DNA of 64,000 nucleotides from Candidatus Poseidoniaceae archaeon (GTDB lineage Archaea; Thermoplasmatota; Poseidoniia; Poseidoniales; Poseidoniaceae): NCBI GenBank assembly GCA_965662895.1, contig CBFIJH010000006.1, positions 1 to 64,000 of the forward strand, read 5' to 3'. Shown piece by piece: positions 59,561 to 64,000 of this stretch (position 1 is its first letter; each line of letters starts with the position of its first letter). The notes under the pieces were generated by a model. It saw only the letters and a program-made list of their open reading frames with translations, ran no database searches and was not told where the DNA came from. The position numbers and the translations under genes were made by a program.

Positions 59561-59983
59561 TCATTCCTTATGATAAGATGTTCCTTTGTTGATTTGAAAA
59601 GCGCGGTACAATTGTTCAAGAAACAGAACTGCAGCAAATTCATGCGGAAATGTCATCTCTGAAAGTGATATTCGGGGTATGTGCTTGCCGAAATCTTGCC
59701 ACCCTTCTGCAGGCCCGATTGCAAAATGTGAATCGGCGGAGAGAAGCGTTAGGGATTTTATTTTTCCAGCAAATTCCATTGAAGTAAACGTTGAGCCATG
59801 CTCATCAAGAAGGAACAACTTTCCGTTCATCGCTTCGAGTTTTGAAACGTACTTGCTCAATTCGTCGCTATGAATGTGTACTGTCAATCCTGTACCTTGC
59901 AACCGAGATTGGTAAGTTTCTGCCAATTCTTTCAACGCTGAGTCCTTTAGGCGGCCGTGAAGATGAAGGTGCATTCTCCCCAT
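59561..59983 (-). CDS. rlmH: SPOUT methyltransferase RlmH-like
   Basis: LDEHG..FTS.EFA, FAIGPAEG, ISLSEMTFPHE, EQLYRAF.I..G..YHKE. Confidence 0.88.
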   Translation of the reverse strand: MGRMHLHLHGRLKDSALKELAETYQSRLQGTGLTVHIHSDELSKYVSKLEAMNGKLFLLDEHGSTFTSMEFAGKIKSLTLLSADSHFAIGPAEGWQDFGKHIPRISLSEMTFPHEFAAVLFLEQLYRAFQINKGTSYHKE

Positions 59984-60054
59984 AACCTCGCTGAAACGTT
60001 CATCTTTTTCATCTTCATGCGAAAGATGAAAGGATAGGTCGGCGTAGTTCTTCC

Positions 60055-60390
60055 ATGGGTTGGTGGCCATTTGGCAAAAAAACATCGCCCAGAAAGCGCA
60101 TTGATGATCCTTTGAGAAAAGACACGAGGCAGTGGTTATCTGAACTACGAGATGTATGCGAAATGAACTTCGACAACCCAGAAGGTGCGCGCAGAGAAAT
60201 TCGTCAGATGCAGGTCAATTGGCACCAGGCATTTGCTGAAGGCATACTTCCTGAATACAACCGAGAAGGACTTGAAAGCCGCGCATATCGCTTGTTGGCA
60301 TGCTCCGATGATGAATGGATGACATGGCTTGATGATGAAGAATTTTGGAAACCCGGCTGGCGACCTGACCAAGACCTTAACGAGGATTGA
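60055..60390 (+). CDS. Hypothetical Trp-rich protein
   Basis: 111-aa ORF MGWWPFGKK...FWKPGW, divergent from rlmH. Confidence 0.7.
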   Translation: MGWWPFGKKTSPRKRIDDPLRKDTRQWLSELRDVCEMNFDNPEGARREIRQMQVNWHQAFAEGILPEYNREGLESRAYRLLACSDDEWMTWLDDEEFWKPGWRPDQDLNED

Positions 60391-60415
60391 AGAAGGGTCT
60401 GCGTTTCCTAAGCAC

Positions 60416-61105
60416 ATGGGCCAAGCGACTCTGCACGTGCTCCAAACCTGTCCGTTTTCTTGGAAGGTTCGCGGTTTAATCGAACATCTTGGACTTGATG
60501 TTGATGAAGTACAGGTTAATGCAATGCGCACCAAAAAGGAGCTTTCCTTCACGAACGGGTGGAACAAAGTTCCAGTCTTTACCGATAAGGACGGAGAAGT
60601 AGTTGTCGATTCAACGCCGATTATGATGTACATTGATAACAAATACAACGACGGGGCTCTTGCGAAAAACGAAGATCAAGAACGATATGACACGATGTTT
60701 GCCCATGTTGATGAGGCGTGGAAACGTGCAACAATTCCAATCCTTTACGGTTCACTCGGTGCGGCCCTGAGTACGACTCGACGTGTTTCAAAACTGGAAA
60801 AATTCGGATTCATCTCACGCCGCCTCTATGCGTGGGCAGGATTCCCAATCATGTGGGGAATTATTGCACGAAAACGGGTGAAAAAGGATGGGCGCTCACC
60901 AAAGAAACTTTGGCACGACCTACTCACAGAGTACACATCTTCATTCAATGGCCATCAATTCTTTGGAGGAGAACATCCGAATCTGGTTGATTTTGCTGCT
61001 TTTGGATACATGCGATCGATTTCCCCTTTCAAACAATTCAAACTTCTTGAAGAACATGAATTGGGCATGAAGTGGTACAATTCCATGGAACAACAACTGA
61101 AGTGA
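60416..61105 (+). CDS. Glutathione S-transferase-fold protein (mPGES-2/glutaredoxin-like)
   Basis: TCPFSWKVR, KVPV, DSTPI, FFGGEHPNLVDFAAFG. Confidence 0.85.
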   Translation: MGQATLHVLQTCPFSWKVRGLIEHLGLDVDEVQVNAMRTKKELSFTNGWNKVPVFTDKDGEVVVDSTPIMMYIDNKYNDGALAKNEDQERYDTMFAHVDEAWKRATIPILYGSLGAALSTTRRVSKLEKFGFISRRLYAWAGFPIMWGIIARKRVKKDGRSPKKLWHDLLTEYTSSFNGHQFFGGEHPNLVDFAAFGYMRSISPFKQFKLLEEHELGMKWYNSMEQQLK

Positions 61106-61109
61106 TTCT

Positions 61110-61973
61110 GTGAAGACCATCAACATCAAAGGCTTGGAATTCATTCCAATCGATACGGGTAGTTCTTGGCTTGGAAGCGACAAAGGTGGCTGGATTTACG
61201 CCAGTCAACGACCTAGATATGAGGTGCGATTGCCTGCATTTTACATTCTAAAACATCCGCTTAGTCGAAGACAGGTCGCCATGTTGCTTGATGAGGATCA
61301 AAACATCGATTATCCAAATACTCCCATGACAGGATTGACAATTCCTGAAATTGAATCACTCAAAGAGAAAATCGCGATTGGACTCAACGCTCTTGAGTTG
61401 GAAGATGCATATGATGTACGCCTTCCATCCTTCCCTGAATGGAATCATGCTTTCTCGAGCATCGATCTTCAACCAGGAATTGTGGAAATTCTCAGTGATG
61501 CAGCAGCGACCAGCCATCGCGGAGGCATGATGGACGGGCGTCCACGGCCGATTGAGACCAATGGCCCACTTCAATACCATCGACTCGCAGTCGAAATGCA
61601 TCCAAGAAAGGTTGAGTCCTTTGCGACGTCCAACATTCCAGTTGACCGACCGCTACCGAACACAGTCGTTCGTTTCGTTCTTTCTCCACCACGAACCTCC
61701 CCCATTCGCCGGGTTCCTGAGAGAGCAGATCTCATTGGTAACTTGAAAACTGAGATATTTTGGACGACTGTTCTGGGAATCATCCCTTCGTTTTTGATAC
61801 CAATTCTTCGAGGTTTTGAATCGTATGCACTCGATGGTTGGGTCAACCTCCTGTTTGGGGGACTTGTCGCAGGATTTGTTACAGGAGCGATTTGGCGTCC
61901 TCGTCGGCCATCAATAGCATACGAAGAGGGCGTTCAGGAGTCCGATGGGTTGCTCGCTAACGTTTCCCAATAA
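61110..61973 (+). CDS. Degenerate formylglycine-generating-enzyme (SUMF1)-like domain with two C-terminal TMs
   Basis: FIPIDTG...LGS, RPRYEVRLPAFYI, RLPSFPEW. Confidence 0.6.
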   Translation: MKTINIKGLEFIPIDTGSSWLGSDKGGWIYASQRPRYEVRLPAFYILKHPLSRRQVAMLLDEDQNIDYPNTPMTGLTIPEIESLKEKIAIGLNALELEDAYDVRLPSFPEWNHAFSSIDLQPGIVEILSDAAATSHRGGMMDGRPRPIETNGPLQYHRLAVEMHPRKVESFATSNIPVDRPLPNTVVRFVLSPPRTSPIRRVPERADLIGNLKTEIFWTTVLGIIPSFLIPILRGFESYALDGWVNLLFGGLVAGFVTGAIWRPRRPSIAYEEGVQESDGLLANVSQ

Positions 61974-64000
61974 GAATCCTTACGAATTGCATCAGCGACA
62001 CAAATCGATGCCATATTGACAATATGTCGAACACCATCTTGGCGTGCCACAAGTTGAACAGGGTGTTTCATACCCTCGAGAATCGGACCTGTCATCTCTG
62101 CATCTGCGAGTTGTTCCAACATCTTGTAAACGATGTTTGCAGATGCGAGGTTCGGCAAAACAAGAATGTTCGCAGCCCCAGTGAATTCCATGAATGGATA
62201 TTCCTTTTGGACGTTCGAATCAAGAGCTGTATCAGCTTGCATTGGACCATCAATGACCAATGTTGGGTCAAGGATGCGTGCAATTTCAACCGCTTCTTCA
62301 ATTCGATCGCTACGTTGTTCACGAGTACTTCCGAAATTCGAAAAGGAAAGCAATGCAACCTTCGGGTCAACACCAAACCTTCGTGCCACTTTTGCAGTCT
62401 GTACTGCGATTTCAGCCAACGTTCGGCTATCTGGATAAACGTTCACTGTCGCATCTGCCAAGAATAGAATCTTACCTTTGATGGTTACCATGTAGCAGCC
62501 GATTAGGCAATGCGCATCGTCAGCAGCGCCTATTGTTTCCAAAACTGGGCGAAGAACGTCGCTGTAATTCCTGCTCACGCCTCCCACAAAGCCGTCAGCA
62601 TCCCCTGACTCAACCATTTGACTAGCGAAATATGGCCGGCTCTTGAGCAAACGCTGAGCATCCGCTTTCGTTACACCTTTTCGTTTTCTTCGTTTGAACA
62701 ATGCATCTGCATAAACGCCTTTCCGACGATCATCGAAACGCGGATCGTAACATTCGTACTCGAAATGAAAATGCAATTCTTCCATCATACGAGCAATACG
62801 TTCCTCCGGACCCAGCAAGATTGGTTTGCAGATTTTCTGTTCAGCCAATTGAGCGGCAGCGCGAATCACTTTCTCATTGTCGCCTTCGGGGAATACGATG
62901 CGCTTGTTTCGTCGACGGACCTGGTTGATGATACTCCGCATAATCGAGTAGGTCATTCCTAGTCGGGCCTCCAAATCCTCACGGTAGGATTGCATGGAGA
63001 ATTCCTCTGGTAAGATGGATGCAACTCCCTCTTCGACTGCTGCTTGAGCGACTGCTGATGCTTCCCAAATCAGAACGCGACGGTCGAATGGTTTGGGAAT
63101 GATGTATTCTGGCCCATATTCCATCGTTGCACCATCGTACGCCTCTGAAATGTAATCAGGTACTGGTTGCTTTGCAAGTTCGGCAAGGGACCGTGTTGCA
63201 GCCATCTTCATGTTCGGTGTAATGTCTCGAGCCCGCACATCAAGGGCGCCTCGGAAGATGTATGGGAAGCCGAGGACGTTGTTGACTTGATTGGGATAAT
63301 CCGAGCGTCCAGTGGCGATAATCGCATCGTTGCGTACCTCAAGAATGTCCTCTGGCATAATTTCTGGTGTTGGGTTTGCAAGTGCGAAAACAATTGGCTT
63401 TTCTGCCATCGCTGAAACCATTTCTTGACTCACGAGTCCTCCTTTTGATAAACCAAGAAGCACATCTGCACCCTTCATGGCATCGAGAAGTTGGCCATCA
63501 TCGCAGTCAGCTGCAAACTTTGCCTTGTATTGATTCAGTTCGCCTCGGTCAAGACGTCCTTTTGTGATGATGCCTTGGGAGTCGACCATCTTGATGTTCG
63601 ATCGCTGAACACCAAGTGCAACGTAGTGTTCTGCACATGCAAACGCAGATGCACCTGCACCTACGACAACAACAGAGATGTCGTCCAGTTCCTTTTCTTG
63701 AAGTTCAACAGCATTCAACAATGCTGCACCGGAAATGATGGCAGTCCCATGCTGATCGTCATGCATGACAGGAATATCCGTTGCTTCTGCAATTCTACGC
63801 TCGATTTCAAAGCATTCTGGAGCTTTGATGTCTTCAAGGTTGATGCCTCCAAACGTCTTGGAAATGTTGACAACAGTCTGGATGAACTCCTCTGGGTCGG
63901 TCACATCGATTTCGATATCAAAGACATCGATATCTGCAAACGTTTTGAGCAACAATCCCTTTCCTTCCATGACTGGTTTGCTCGCTAGTGCTCCGATGTT
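61934..64000 (-). CDS. maeB: NADP-dependent malic enzyme with PTA-like C-terminal domain; 5' end outside window
   Basis: KPVMEGK, INLEDIKAPECF, HDDQHGT, ATGRSDYPNQVNN, RIVFPEG, LSFSNFGS, DGPMQAD. Confidence 0.96.
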   Translation of the reverse strand, partial: NIGALASKPVMEGKGLLLKTFADIDVFDIEIDVTDPEEFIQTVVNISKTFGGINLEDIKAPECFEIERRIAEATDIPVMHDDQHGTAIISGAALLNAVELQEKELDDISVVVVGAGASAFACAEHYVALGVQRSNIKMVDSQGIITKGRLDRGELNQYKAKFAADCDDGQLLDAMKGADVLLGLSKGGLVSQEMVSAMAEKPIVFALANPTPEIMPEDILEVRNDAIIATGRSDYPNQVNNVLGFPYIFRGALDVRARDITPNMKMAATRSLAELAKQPVPDYISEAYDGATMEYGPEYIIPKPFDRRVLIWEASAVAQAAVEEGVASILPEEFSMQSYREDLEARLGMTYSIMRSIINQVRRRNKRIVFPEGDNEKVIRAAAQLAEQKICKPILLGPEERIARMMEELHFHFEYECYDPRFDDRRKGVYADALFKRRKRKGVTKADAQRLLKSRPYFASQMVESGDADGFVGGVSRNYSDVLRPVLETIGAADDAHCLIGCYMVTIKGKILFLADATVNVYPDSRTLAEIAVQTAKVARRFGVDPKVALLSFSNFGSTREQRSDRIEEAVEIARILDPTLVIDGPMQADTALDSNVQKEYPFMEFTGAANILVLPNLASANIVYKMLEQLADAEMTGPILEGMKHPVQLVARQDGVRHIVNMASICVADAIRKDSYWETLASNPSDS

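Overview
Gene-dense archaeal chromosomal window, most consistent with a Marine Group II euryarchaeote (Ca. Poseidoniales, Thermoplasmatota). This is inferred from archaeal information genes (spt5, secE, pus10-rpl21e-rpo4-DUF655-ksgA, radA, ftsZ, AK6, initiator tRNA) mixed with bacterial-type genes (RNase R, xseAB, icd, maeB, rlmH, pduO, cbpA-like) and large acidic surface proteins. It holds about 58 CDSs (two truncated by the window ends) and three tRNAs (Leu-UAG, Thr-CGU, initiator Met). No CRISPR array, IS element, integrase or provirus was seen. The most unusual items are accessory domains on core transcription, RNA and chromatin proteins: (1) Spt5/NusG fused to a catalytically degenerate Nudix domain, (2) a single-chain multi-histone-fold protein, (3) a ~1130-aa helical-solenoid protein with an intact C-terminal PIN nuclease, (4) an HhH + Zn-ribbon protein right after the rpo4/ksgA operon, and (5) Pus10 with an Arg-rich + SAP insertion. 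All calls rest on motif recognition by eye; no database searches were run.
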